From Eledone cirrhosa (taxonomy: Eukaryota), in contig OZ024742.1 in assembly GCA_964016885.1 (NCBI GenBank), forward strand, positions 42,718,001-42,782,000: DNA of 64,000 bases, given 5' to 3'. Both the position numbers and the translations under genes were made by a program. The notes under the pieces are model-generated. The model was not told where the DNA came from. It saw only the letters and a program-made list of their open reading frames with translations, and made no database searches. Position 1 is the stretch's first letter. The number at the start of each line of letters is the position of its first letter. Below, in pieces: positions 11,392 to 21,599 of this stretch.

Positions 11392-11428
11392 GTTGCTATG
11401 GCAACATTCGTGTTGTTGCCATGGTAAC
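11392..11428. promoter_or_regulatory. Two tandem RFX X-box motifs
   Basis: GTTGCTATGGCAAC (11392-11405) and GTTGCCATGGTAAC (11415-11428); both match GTTRCYATGGYAAC. Confidence 0.65.
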
Positions 11429-12516
11429 TGGAAACAACTAAAACATGTGGAAATAAAATGTTTTTCATCCATCTGTGTTTTATTTACTGTTGTACTATAC
11501 AATAACAGACTGGACAAACTAACATAATGAACGGACTTTGTCATACTATTAATATAGACTTTCTTTTTTTGTATGTCAGTCCGAACTGAGGAAACAATGT
11601 TTCCATTGGTCTTTCCAATTGCTAATACTATCTACCCGTCATAACTCCAGGTAGAAGGAGCAACGTGAAATAAAGTGTCTTTCTCAAGGACATAACGCAT
11701 CGCCTGGTCCGGGAATCGAACTCACAACCTCACAATTGTGAATTCATCTCTCTAGTCGCTCAACCACATGCCATGTATATATGTATATATATGACAAACT
11801 GGAATGACTGCTTGGATATTTGGCTGAAACTCTTGTGAATTGTTGTTTGTCCATAACAGGACTCAGGCAAGTGGTATACTATCCCTCCAGGTTCTAAGAT
11901 GAAAAACTCTGAGCTTTCCTCTTTGTTGCTTCATCTTCATGATTTTTCTACAGAGCACCAGATTGGCAGCTAGGTCTCATCCATTTACAGTTGAAATTCC
12001 TAAATGAAATTGCAAATTTTATTTTAATAGTTTCTTCCCTTGCACATCTTGACTATGGAATATTCTTCCAGCTTCTTGCTTTCTTGACCAATAACTTCAA
12101 TTTGAAAAAATTTGAAAGCAACTCCAAGCGTCATTTTCTCCCTTATTGAATTATGTTCTCTCAGTTTGTCTTTCTCCTTTCTCAGTAGCCCTTGCATTTT
12201 AGTGGCTTTATTGCCTTGGAGAGCAAAGAAAAAAAAAGCAACTCACGAAAACTCAACTAAATATTACTTTATTTACCCTAATGTGTTATTGAGTATTTTT
12301 CACTCCTTTTCATTTTGCTCTAGGCTGATCATTTAGTTATATAAATAGAGAGAAGGATAGAAAAAGGAAAGGAGTCAATTGTCAGATCTGACCCAGGAAA
12401 GAATTTGGCAATAGGAGCAATGTGAAATAAAGTTTGATTCTTAGTTCAGGAATGAAACCCAAGGACTTATAATGAGTTCAACACCCTAACTACTACCTTT
12501 ACAATATATATATATA

Positions 12517-12945
12517 TCATCATTGTCATCATCATTTCATTTTACGTCCGCTTTTCCCTGCTTGCAAGAGAGGGACGGGAACTGATTCTGGCTGGAATTC
12601 TACAGCTGGATGCCCTTCCTAACACCAACCTCGTTTACAGTGAGTGCTGGGTGCTTTTTTTTCCGTGGTGCCTACACGTCCACTTTACAGTGTGGGCTGG
12701 GTGCTTTTTTGCCGTGGCACCTCCACGACCACTTTTCAGTGGAATGATAGGGACCCCAGTCCTATCAGCTGTAGAAATGAGATGATAGGACTGGGGTCCC
12801 TATCATTTCTACAGCTGAGTAAACTGGAGCAATGTGAAATAAAGTGTCTTGCTCAAGGAAACAACACATCACCCGGTCTGAGAATTGAACTCACAACCTT
12901 TCGATTGCAAGGCCAATGCTCTAACCATTAAGCCATGTGCCTCCA
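12517..12945 (-). mobile_element. Full-length SINE family A with internal inverted duplication
   Basis: Reverse-complement match to 2530-2868, with two internal units and an extra inverted segment at 12766-12806. Confidence 0.9.
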
Positions 12946-12989
12946 TCATATATATATGTCTATGTATGTATGTATGTTTATTCATTTAT

Positions 12990-13170
12990 AAAAAGTGAGT
13001 CTTGTTACTCTGGAGTTTCACCAGTTTATCACTGACTCATCAGACAAGGACATCTTTTTGAATGACTCTGATAAGATAAACAGGTGAAACTCTAAAGCAA
13101 TAAGACTCACTTTTTAGCCTTAATATAAATGAATATTAAAACTCTACTCCGATATTAAGTACTCCTTTCT
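12990..13170. mobile_element. Head-to-head pair of Penelope-like pLTR fragments
   Basis: AAAAAGTGAGTCTTGTTACTCTGGAGTTTCACCAGTTTATC vs GATAAACAGGTGAAACTCTAAAGCAATAAGACTCACTTTTT. The right arm carries a degenerate core (CTGATAAG..GAAA) and a longer tail related to 28650-28680. Confidence 0.65.
13001..13048 (-). ncRNA. Type I hammerhead ribozyme (minimal, near-palindromic stem III)
   Basis: Minus strand: CUUGU-CUGAUGA-GUCAGU gauaa ACUGGU-GAA-ACUC ca GAGU-A-ACAAG. Stems I and II pair and the triplet is GUA. Stem III loop is very short, which suggests dimeric folding. Confidence 0.75.
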
Positions 13171-13209
13171 CTCAGCCGTCATCCACATACAGATATATGT
13201 ATATATACA

Positions 13210-13548
13210 TGGAGGCACATGGATTAGTGGTTAGAGCATTGGCCCTGCAATCGAAAGGTTGTGAGTTCAATTCTCGGATCGGGTGATGTGTTGTTTCCTT
13301 GAGCAAGACACTTTATTTCACATTGCTCCAGTTTACTCAGCTGTAGAAATGAGATGATAGGACTGGGGTCCCTATCATTCCACTGCAAAATTGATGTGTA
13401 GGTGCCACGGAAAAAAAGCACCCAACACTCACTGTATATGAGGTTGGTGTTAGGAAGGGCATCCAGCTGTAGAAATCAAGCCAGAATCAGTTCCCGTCCC
13501 ATCCTTGCAAGCAGGGGAAAAGTGGACGTAAAATGATGATGATGATGA
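13210..13548 (+). mobile_element. Full-length SINE family A
   Basis: Near-identical to 2530-2868. Confidence 0.9.
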
Positions 13549-13870
13549 TATATATATATATATATATACAAGAAAGTACGTCCATAGAATCATTTGATAA
13601 AATATATACAGTATTTACTCTCCCAACCAGCATAATCAACCACACAAAAAATCAATTAAACAAGGCTATAAGATTAAAAGGCACCTATGAAGAAACAATA
13701 GATAAATAAACGATGGCTATCTTATTCGTGATCAACAGCCACAGAATATTTACCCAGTATTTCTGATTGTTGATTATTTAATTAATTAATTCGTCATTGA
13801 GCCAAATCGTGAATGGTTGCCAAAACCACATATATATATCTATGACTCTGTCTAGTTTATGTATATGTAA

Positions 13871-13924
<54 letters not shown>

Positions 13925-14433
13925 ATTCACTTCCATCCTGACATCACTAGCCCCGTTTTTTCCTCATGTGCTTTTTCATAAATACACATGAAGGCGAACT
14001 AGCCAGTTTTAGAATTCCTTTTTTCGGACTATATTACTGTGAGAGCCCTGGTTTTCTGTTGAACTCTGCTGATGAATGATATTCCAACCGTGACCATCTC
14101 CACTGAAAGTTTTCATGAAATAGTCTTTTAAGACTATACAGAGCATTTGATGTTATTCCAAATTGAAGGATAAGTGTTTCAAACTTTGTTTTATCATGAG
14201 TTAAAGGTCTATAGATTTTTCCATGGATTTTACTAAATTCTGTGGATGAATTTGTATCCTGATTCTCTTTTGAGATGAGTTTGAGTTATTTTTCCTAAAT
14301 CTTTCGTTAACTACTTTTCCCATCTTGACGCTATAGTCGCATATATGTTATAGAATGCCGTTAGCTTCTTGCTAAAACAATCTCTATACGTCTCATTTAT
14401 ATATATATATATATATATAAGCAGTTACAGCAG

Positions 14434-14493
14434 TGACATATATAGGTATTTCAGTTTCGTTGGCTTGTTTATCCCAACTCATTCAGCCTGTCA
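14434..14493 (-). ncRNA. Degenerate hammerhead ribozyme in the 3' region of the Penelope ORF
   Basis: Minus strand: UGACAGG-CUGAaUGA-GUUGG gauaaacaag CCAAC-GAAA-CUGAAA-UA-CCU[auauau]GUCA. Perfect stem II and bulged stem I, but a 1-nt core insertion and weak stem III. Confidence 0.55.
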
Positions 14494-14719
14494 TAATAAA
14501 AAAGATAGCTTCTACCCATGAAAATTTTAGAAAGTATAGGAGAGTTCTAAGAGTGGGTAATCCCCAAATTATCCTATAATTAGACAAATACTTTTAAAAT
14601 TGTGTAAAGGGGAAGGGAGGTAACTATAAAAAAAAATCTAAGGTAAGCAGCTTGTGTTTCAGAAGGAGCCAAGGGTTAATTTAAAAAGTCTAAAAAATTT
14701 TAATCCAGTGTACACCATA

Positions 14720-15380
14720 TTTCAGAACAAATTTTGCTCCATGAGGACAGCAATTAAAACAGTCAATCTGTGCATTTAAACAATGTTTCCTTAAAGAGAG
14801 TTATGTGAGTACATTCCACTTTTCAGAGCTACACAGCTTAGAAAATTTCGCCTCATTGACATAGGGGTGGATTTTTCCAGTGTACTCCATTTAATGGAGA
14901 ATGCTGTGCCATTATCTTTAAGGTTCCACATGTGGTCTGTGAGCTGAGTGGTATATTTTTGTCAGGATGTGTGAAGGTCATTTTGTGGTTCAGGAAACGG
15001 GTTTTCAACTGGCTCTCAGACATTCCTACATAAGTTCAGGCTTCTGTTTGGTGGTTCTGGTTGGAGGAGGTCACTTCTGCTTCATATATCACTGCTGGAG
15101 TGTTGTGACGTTGTTCTAGGGGGCTTGCCTTTGGCCTTCTGTATGAGTATCTGTAAAGTGGAAAGCTTTTGCAATTGTTGGTGATGTTGGATTTCATGCT
15201 TTTGGTACATGAGTAGCCTATTTTCACTGTGTGGCAGTTAAATATTCATCAGTATTTATGGCCTACAGAGATGTGTGAATCTAAGAGTGGCTAAGAATGT
15301 TCTACCTACATTAGTTTTAACATTGAGAACAAATGGTGGCATAAATCACTTGATGGCGCTATTTCTAGATTTTTTTCTTG
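14720..15380 (-). mobile_element. Penelope-like element remnant: linker plus GIY-YIG endonuclease (stops and frameshifts)
   Basis: Translation ...K*FMPPFVLNVKTNVGRTFL / GHKY**IFNCHTVKIGYSCTKSM...PLEQRHNTPAVIYEAEV...YVGMSESQLKTRFLNHKMTF...TQLTDHMWNLKD...FSIKW...KLCSSEK...LN...CPH matches PLE GIY-YIG motifs. Confidence 0.9.
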
Positions 15381-16792
15381 CTAGATATAGGGTGGTAATC
15401 TGGCGATCTTACTTTCCAAATCACAGCGGAATATTAGGGGCCTGATTATGTCAACGGCAAGACAACCTCTCTAGTGCTGGTGAGCTACATGATAAACATA
15501 TCCACTACATGCTGTAAAGTGATTGGTAATAAGAGGGGCATCCAACGATAGAAAGCTTACAAAAAAAAAAGATAGGTAGGGAGGAGCCTTCAGCTGTATC
15601 AAGGACATAACAACGTCCTTAACGTTGGTAATCTACATGATAAACACACCCAATACACTTTGGGATGCAGCAAATTGACACAGGATGAGTTTAGCCTTTC
15701 AGCATATTACACAAATAAAGAAAAAAAAAAAGAAAACTGCTACTAACCAAAGTGCATCAAGTGAAACGGAAGAGAGATAGAAACTACATGGTAGCTTAAT
15801 CTTTAGGAGGCTGAATATTTTTATGAATTGCTTCCCTTGTCACTATGTTATGTATTAAGGGGAGATTACTCTATCGGCGACTTATGTGGCTGACAGCGCC
15901 AAGAGGGTTAACCTAAGGTGAATAAAATAGAAAGGAGGGAAATAGAAAAAAGAAGAAATATTTAGACTACAGTCAAGCATACAGACAGGCGAAGAAAAAA
16001 TTACATGTAGGCATAGAAATGATAGGAAGGGGGATAGAGTAAGACAGACCGGGCAGTGTAACATCTACTATTTGAGTGGCAGTATCAATAGAGTGCCGGA
16101 CACCATGCTTTGCATGTTCTCTGTTCTAATCCCACTGAGGCTAGCTTTGCCTTTCATCCTTACGGAGTTAATAAAATAAAGCACCAGTAATGCACTGGGT
16201 TCGATTTAATCAACTTTCCCTTCTCCTTCAAATTGCTGGCTGTGTGCCTAAAGTAGAAACAATTATTTGAGAGGTTCAAAAACGTTTACATGGCTAAGAT
16301 TGTCGAATATGAACCAAAACAGCAGGGGCGGGGATAAGTTGTGCATATGACGGTGCTTCAATGTGTGTGAGTGTGAGTGAGAGAGAGAGAGGGGGGAGTG
16401 TGTATTAATTTATTCAAAAGTGACATACTTATTTCTCACCAATGTTGTATTTATGTTTCAACAAGAGAAAAGATAAAAATATTCTCAGAAGACAGTGAAA
16501 CAGTAAAACAGTGGAACAAACAACTCTAGCAAATTTCTGGCAATTCCAGTGATGTTCCTTGTTGAAGTCTGATATCAAAGATTGCTCCAGAACTTCTTAG
16601 ATAAATTTATTAGGGACAAGTTCATTAATGCTGAAATTAAAATAAAGATGAAAATAAATAAACAAATATACTCATATTCATATATATATATATATATATA
16701 TATATAGTAATAATAATAAATTTGAAGACTAAAATCCAAAGAGGGCTTAATAAGGATAAATATATATCAAATATATAAGAACCATAGAGCAA

Positions 16793-16929
16793 ATATTTAT
16801 TAAAATAACAGATTAAAGTTTAAGCAAAGAATCGCTGCTTTCACCCTTAACGGGATCTTCTGAAGATCCCATTAAGGGTGAAAGCAGCGATTCTTTGCTT
16901 AAACTTTAATCTGTTATTTTAATAAATAT
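16793..16929. repeat. 137-bp near-perfect palindrome (68-bp arms, 1-nt centre, 1 mismatch), probably an inverted PLE junction
   Basis: Centre GGGATCTTC-T-GAAGATCCC at 16861; contains CTGAAGA-TCCCATTAAGGGT-GAAA. Confidence 0.95.
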
Positions 16930-16945
16930 ATATATATATATATTC

Positions 16946-17000
<55 letters not shown>

Positions 17001-17529
17001 TATATGTATGTATGTATTCATTGTGTGTGTGTGTGTGCCTATATGTATGTATGTGTGTATGTATATATATACATATGTGTGTGTGTGTATGTATATTTGT
17101 GAGTATGTATGAGTATTCATACATATAGCTCATATATATGTGTGTGTGTGTGTGTGTGAGAGTGTGTGTGTGTGTAATTATCAGCTTCCAATGTGAAGAT
17201 GGTAATATTGTAGGTGTGATAAGGATCAGAGAGTGGGTGTCCAATGAGGGGGACGTAAGTAACTGATTAAGTTTGTTGGGGTGTGGTTGTAGTGAAGCCG
17301 AGGGATGTTTGGAAGTAAATGAAGATTAAAAGGATGTTTGTTTGCTATTGTTGTCCTCCTTTTTATATTTGTTACATGTTTTGTTTGTTTTTATCTTTTT
17401 GATAGTTTTGAAAAGAAAACTCAGAAATGATAAAAAGAAATTCGCATGGATAACATTACTGTTTATATTAGCCTTTATATCTGTAGTTGTCGCTTTTTCT
17501 TTCTTTCTCACTCTGTATTTCTTTCTTAT

Positions 17530-17770
17530 ATCATCATCATCGTTTAACGTCCATGTTCCACGCTTGCATGGGTTTGGACGGGAGTTTTCCCAATTGAGGC
17601 AAGAGTGGTTGTCTTGCTCGCATAGGACTGTCTGGCGGGTTTTCTACAGCTGGATGCCCTTCCTAACACCAACCACATTTACAGTGTGGGGCTGGGAGGT
17701 TTTTACCGTGTTACCTACACGGCCACATTACAGCGTGGACTGTGTTTTTTTTTGTCGTGACACCTACACG
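17530..17770 (-). mobile_element. Diverged SINE family A-related 3' module
   Basis: TTTCTACAGCTGGATGCCCTTCCTAACACCAACC plus internal units. Confidence 0.75.
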
Positions 17771-18024
17771 ACCTCATTTGTTTCGGACTGGATGTTGTGG
17801 CACCAACATAACTTTACATTGAAAGGGGCGGTGTGGATGGGGTGGGGTTGGTGTGACGGGGCGTATTTTGTTGGAGATGCCTACTGACTGTAGTAGGTTT
17901 ACTTTGTATTTAGGCAAGGCGGGTCTTCTCTATTACTGAGTACCGCCAAAGATCTCGGTCCAGTGACATTGTCTTGGAGAGGTGTAAGTGTGTGAGGAAT
18001 ATATATATATATATATCACAGATT

Positions 18025-18135
18025 CATTAAGGAGATGACAAAGAAATGTGGCGAGTGGAGAGATGCGTGCTGAGAAAGACCCGTCCAATCCATGCAAGTG
18101 TGAGAAAATGGATATAAAAACGCAGATGGTGATGA
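18025..18135 (+). mobile_element. RTE LINE extreme 3' end with tail shared by SINE A
   Basis: KEMTKKCGEWRDA followed by CCATGCAAGTGTGAGAAAATGGATATAAAAACG...GATGAT. Confidence 0.55.
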
Positions 18136-18224
18136 TATATGAACCCCATCTTTGTATTACTTCTACTCTTTGTACCTCTACTTTTTATTCCTGTACTCCT
18201 GATGAAGGAATAGTGTCCAATATG

Positions 18225-18272
<48 letters not shown>

Positions 18273-18639
18273 ATAGTGGTGGTTTTGGTAGCTGTGTTGA
18301 TAGTAGTAGTAGTGGTGGTGATAATAGTAATAGTAATGGTGGTGGTGGTGGTGGTAGTAGTAGTAGGAGGAGGAGATTTTAGACAAACTCTCCCAGTCAT
18401 TCCAAAAGACAATAGGATTGATCAAATCTGAGACTGTTTGAAAAAAGTAGACACTTTGGACTTCTATCAAAGTTTTTAGCTTGCTACAAACATGAGGGCA
18501 TATGTTGGTGGAGAAGAGCATTTCGTCCTGAATCTATTAATGCTTGGGGATGGAAGACTTCTTCTAGATAGAAAGGGAGCTATTGATATAAGTCCCATAG
18601 GCACGGTGGTGGAATCATTATTCTTGTGACTTGCATGTT

Positions 18640-19212
18640 TGCAAGTCACAAGTGGCTGAGTGAAAGGGCTATATTAGCCCCAAATGTGACTGTGAAATTG
18701 GTAAATCAAGAGCAGTTAAAAAGAATTCCAAAGGTTTCAAGGCTCTATCGATCTGTCAACACTGTACAGGAACAGTTTCAAGCTGTCAATTACCCAACAA
18801 AGTCCCTCACCTGTTTAGAAACATCAGGAATGCTTCCACATGTCCTTCACCTGTTATTGAGGAATCTGAACCCACCAAGGCTATGCAACAGCACTCAATT
18901 GGTTGTAAAAAGTATGTATCCACATGTGATTCAAGCCACCATTTCAACAGGATGTGGTAGGGGAGAGGATGTGTTCATTGCAAGAATTCTTCTTATCCCC
19001 ACTGATGTCCCATTTCAATTCAAATGACTTCAATTTCCAGTGGGTCTTAGTTTTGCCATGACCATCAATGAATCACAAGGACAGACATTTTCGGTTGCTA
19101 GTTTACATGTTGAAGAGCACTACTCCACCCATGGTCAGCTTTACGGTTGATGTTCAAGAGTAGAAAGTCAGAAAAATCTTTACATCTATGCACCAGATGG
19201 AAAAACAACAAA
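18640..19212 (+). mobile_element. Helitron Rep/Hel PIF1-like helicase C-terminal fragment (pseudogenised)
   Basis: WLSERAILAP...LLRNLNPPRLCNSTQLVVK...VIQATISTGCGRGEDVFIARILLIPTDVPFQFK*LQFPVGLSFAMTINESQGQT...HGQLY..CSRV, the characteristic Helitron helicase motifs. Confidence 0.9.
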
Positions 19213-19990
19213 AATTGAATGGACGTAAAACGGTGATGATGATGATGATGATGATATATAGCATTATAGTTAATCTGAGTTTTAATTACACATGTAATCA
19301 GCATGATTACTCTAGAATAAATTGTATAGTATTTTTTCACTGCTTTTTCAGCGAGGGAAAGATTACCCACTTTAGTTCCCCCCTCCCCCTATCGACTGGT
19401 GGAAGTAAGGTATCCTCAAACCAGAGACCTGGCCTAGATGCTTGCAACAGACTGGATTCTGTTAAACATTTCCAAGGGCCAGGTGGTAGTGCTAAACTGG
19501 GCGATTGTTTTCCACCCATAATGTATGAAGCTAAATAAGATACAGTTAGGTAAAAATTTCGATTTTTCAATTGTTATATATAGCCTTTTTATACCGCCAC
19601 CTACTCATTTGAAAACAAACCTTTCTATGCTGTTTCCTGGCCTTTTACAAAAGTTGGTATAGGGGAGGGAACTCCTATTAAAATTGTATTAACATATTTT
19701 TTAATAAATTCTTATACGGTATTTTACTTCAATTAAATTATATATTGTTTATAATTTAAAGAAGTAACATTTTTAAAAAGGGTAGGAAATAATAGGAAAA
19801 AAAACGGGAGATGACCTTACATACTACAATAGAAAATATTGATTTTTATCTAAAATGTTTAAGAAAAGACAAAACATTCGCTGGCTGCAGATCAAACAAT
19901 CCATTTATATTCTAGCTGTTAAGTGTCAGATTAAGAATGTAAACCTCTAGGTTTCTGTTAATGTGGCAAAATGGTGAGATAACAATTTAA

Positions 19991-20200
19991 CCTTTTCATT
20001 ACCATATTTCTGATAAAAGGCTCTGCCTATGATTTTCAATTAATTTTGAAAATTCTAAATAATTTGGAGAATTTAGTTATTGAACAAACTTCTTAAGTTG
20101 GTGTTTAAAATATTACTTAATAAAGGTTCTTACATAGAATTATGATGGAAGGTGTTTATAAACACTTTAAAATGCATCAGAGAGGGTGGTATCGATAGGG
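19991..20200. mobile_element. piggyBac-type MITE, second subfamily
   Basis: TTAA|CCTTTTCATTACC ... GGTATCGATAGGG|TTAA. Related copies near 1520-1613, 9670, 41551-41770, 48585-48692, 51701-51945, 54313 and 61628. Confidence 0.65.
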
Positions 20201-20478
20201 TTAAAGAAAAATGAAATTTACTTTAACACTTCAAACAAGTAACTATTTTGAAATATGTTTCTCCCAAAACATCAAAGACAGATGTTATGAATCTGGAAAA
20301 TTGTTACCGACCAGTTACCTCTAGTATATAGTAGTTTTACTTTTTGTCATAGTATGTGTTATGATAAATTACTAGTCATTTGCTATATGTTAATCTCTAA
20401 TATTGATTGTTGGATGAGTGTTGGAATAACACAAAGCATTCTATCCAATGTTCTAATAAATCATCACCTTTATACTCT

Positions 20479-20827
20479 ATCATCATCATCATCATCATTT
20501 CATTTTACGTCTGCTTTTTCCCTGCTTGCAAGGGTGGGACGGGAACTGATTCTGGCTTGATTTCTACAGCTGGATGCCCTTCCTAACACCAACCTCATTT
20601 ACAGTGAGTGCTGGGTGCTTTTTTGCCGTGGCACCTCCACGACCACTTTGCAATGGAATGATATGGACCCTAGTCCCTATCATCTCATTTCTACAACTGA
20701 GTAAACTGGAGCAATGTGAAATAAAGAGTCTTGCTCAAGGAAACAACACATCACCCGGTCTGAGAATTGAATTCACAACCTTTCGATTGCAAGGCCAATG
20801 CTCTAACCACTAAGCCATGTGCCTCCA
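20479..20827 (-). mobile_element. Full-length SINE family A
   Basis: Reverse-complement near-identity with 2530-2868. Confidence 0.9.
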
Positions 20828-21599
20828 TACATATAGAAAAAATCCTTAAGCTATCTTTTAACTGCCAAAAGTGATATATTGCAAAAAGAAAGCAGAAAAA
20901 TAGATGAGGGGTAAAACTTTACACTCTTGACTGGACAGTATATTTCGGATGCACCCTATGATAGAAGAATTGCCTTAGAGAACAGCCAGAAATACCTGCT
21001 ACATCAGCCATTCCACCCTGTGGGTCTCCTTCTTTGAGCTTGATACCCTTCTTCTGATTTAGCAGAGGAAAAACACAGTCATGGGACCAAGGACACCAGA
21101 GGTCTCAATGGCAATTAGCTCAAAAAAGAAATGTGTCAGTGAATGCCTGGCATTTAAGTATTTTCCACTCCTCTGATTTCATTTTAGTTAGGCACAAAGA
21201 ATATATTTTAATGGAGAAGGCACAGGAATTTGAGACAGCGATGGACAAAAATGCTTCAGAGGACAGAGACCAGCGGCCAGTGGTCAACAGAAAGACAATC
21301 CACAAGGTGGGTGACAGGCAGATGAAATATAGGAAAGAGTGAAAGAGGAGTAGGACAAGTAGAAGTGCACTAGCACACCTAAGTGACTGGAAGAAGGAAA
21401 TAAAGAAAGGCGATGTACAAGACAAGTTTACACACACATATCTTCACCCTCATCAGATCTCAAACCAGCAAAATGGTTTCGCACGATTTAATTAAGAGTA
21501 CCATTTTAAAAAGCTGGACCATATAACAGAAAAATAAATCTATCTGCTGGTATGATGTGTGTATGATAACACACACATCATGTTATCTCCACAGTGATA

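Noticed and set aside
14069-14120. CTGATGA...GAAA
   Set aside because: No stem II or stem I pairing; the intervening sequence is a SINE tail fragment.
17185-17260. Small possible exon ending GAC|GTAAGT (also CAG|GTAAGT at 57648)
   Set aside because: Weak acceptors, no recognisable peptide and no linkage to other exons.
18626-19027. Host PIF1 helicase gene
   Set aside because: Intronless fragment with stops and deletions and Helitron-type motifs; a transposon remnant.
21445-21485. Minus-strand GAAACCA..TGGTT..CTGATGA (type II hammerhead order)
   Set aside because: Stem I is too short and stem II does not pair.
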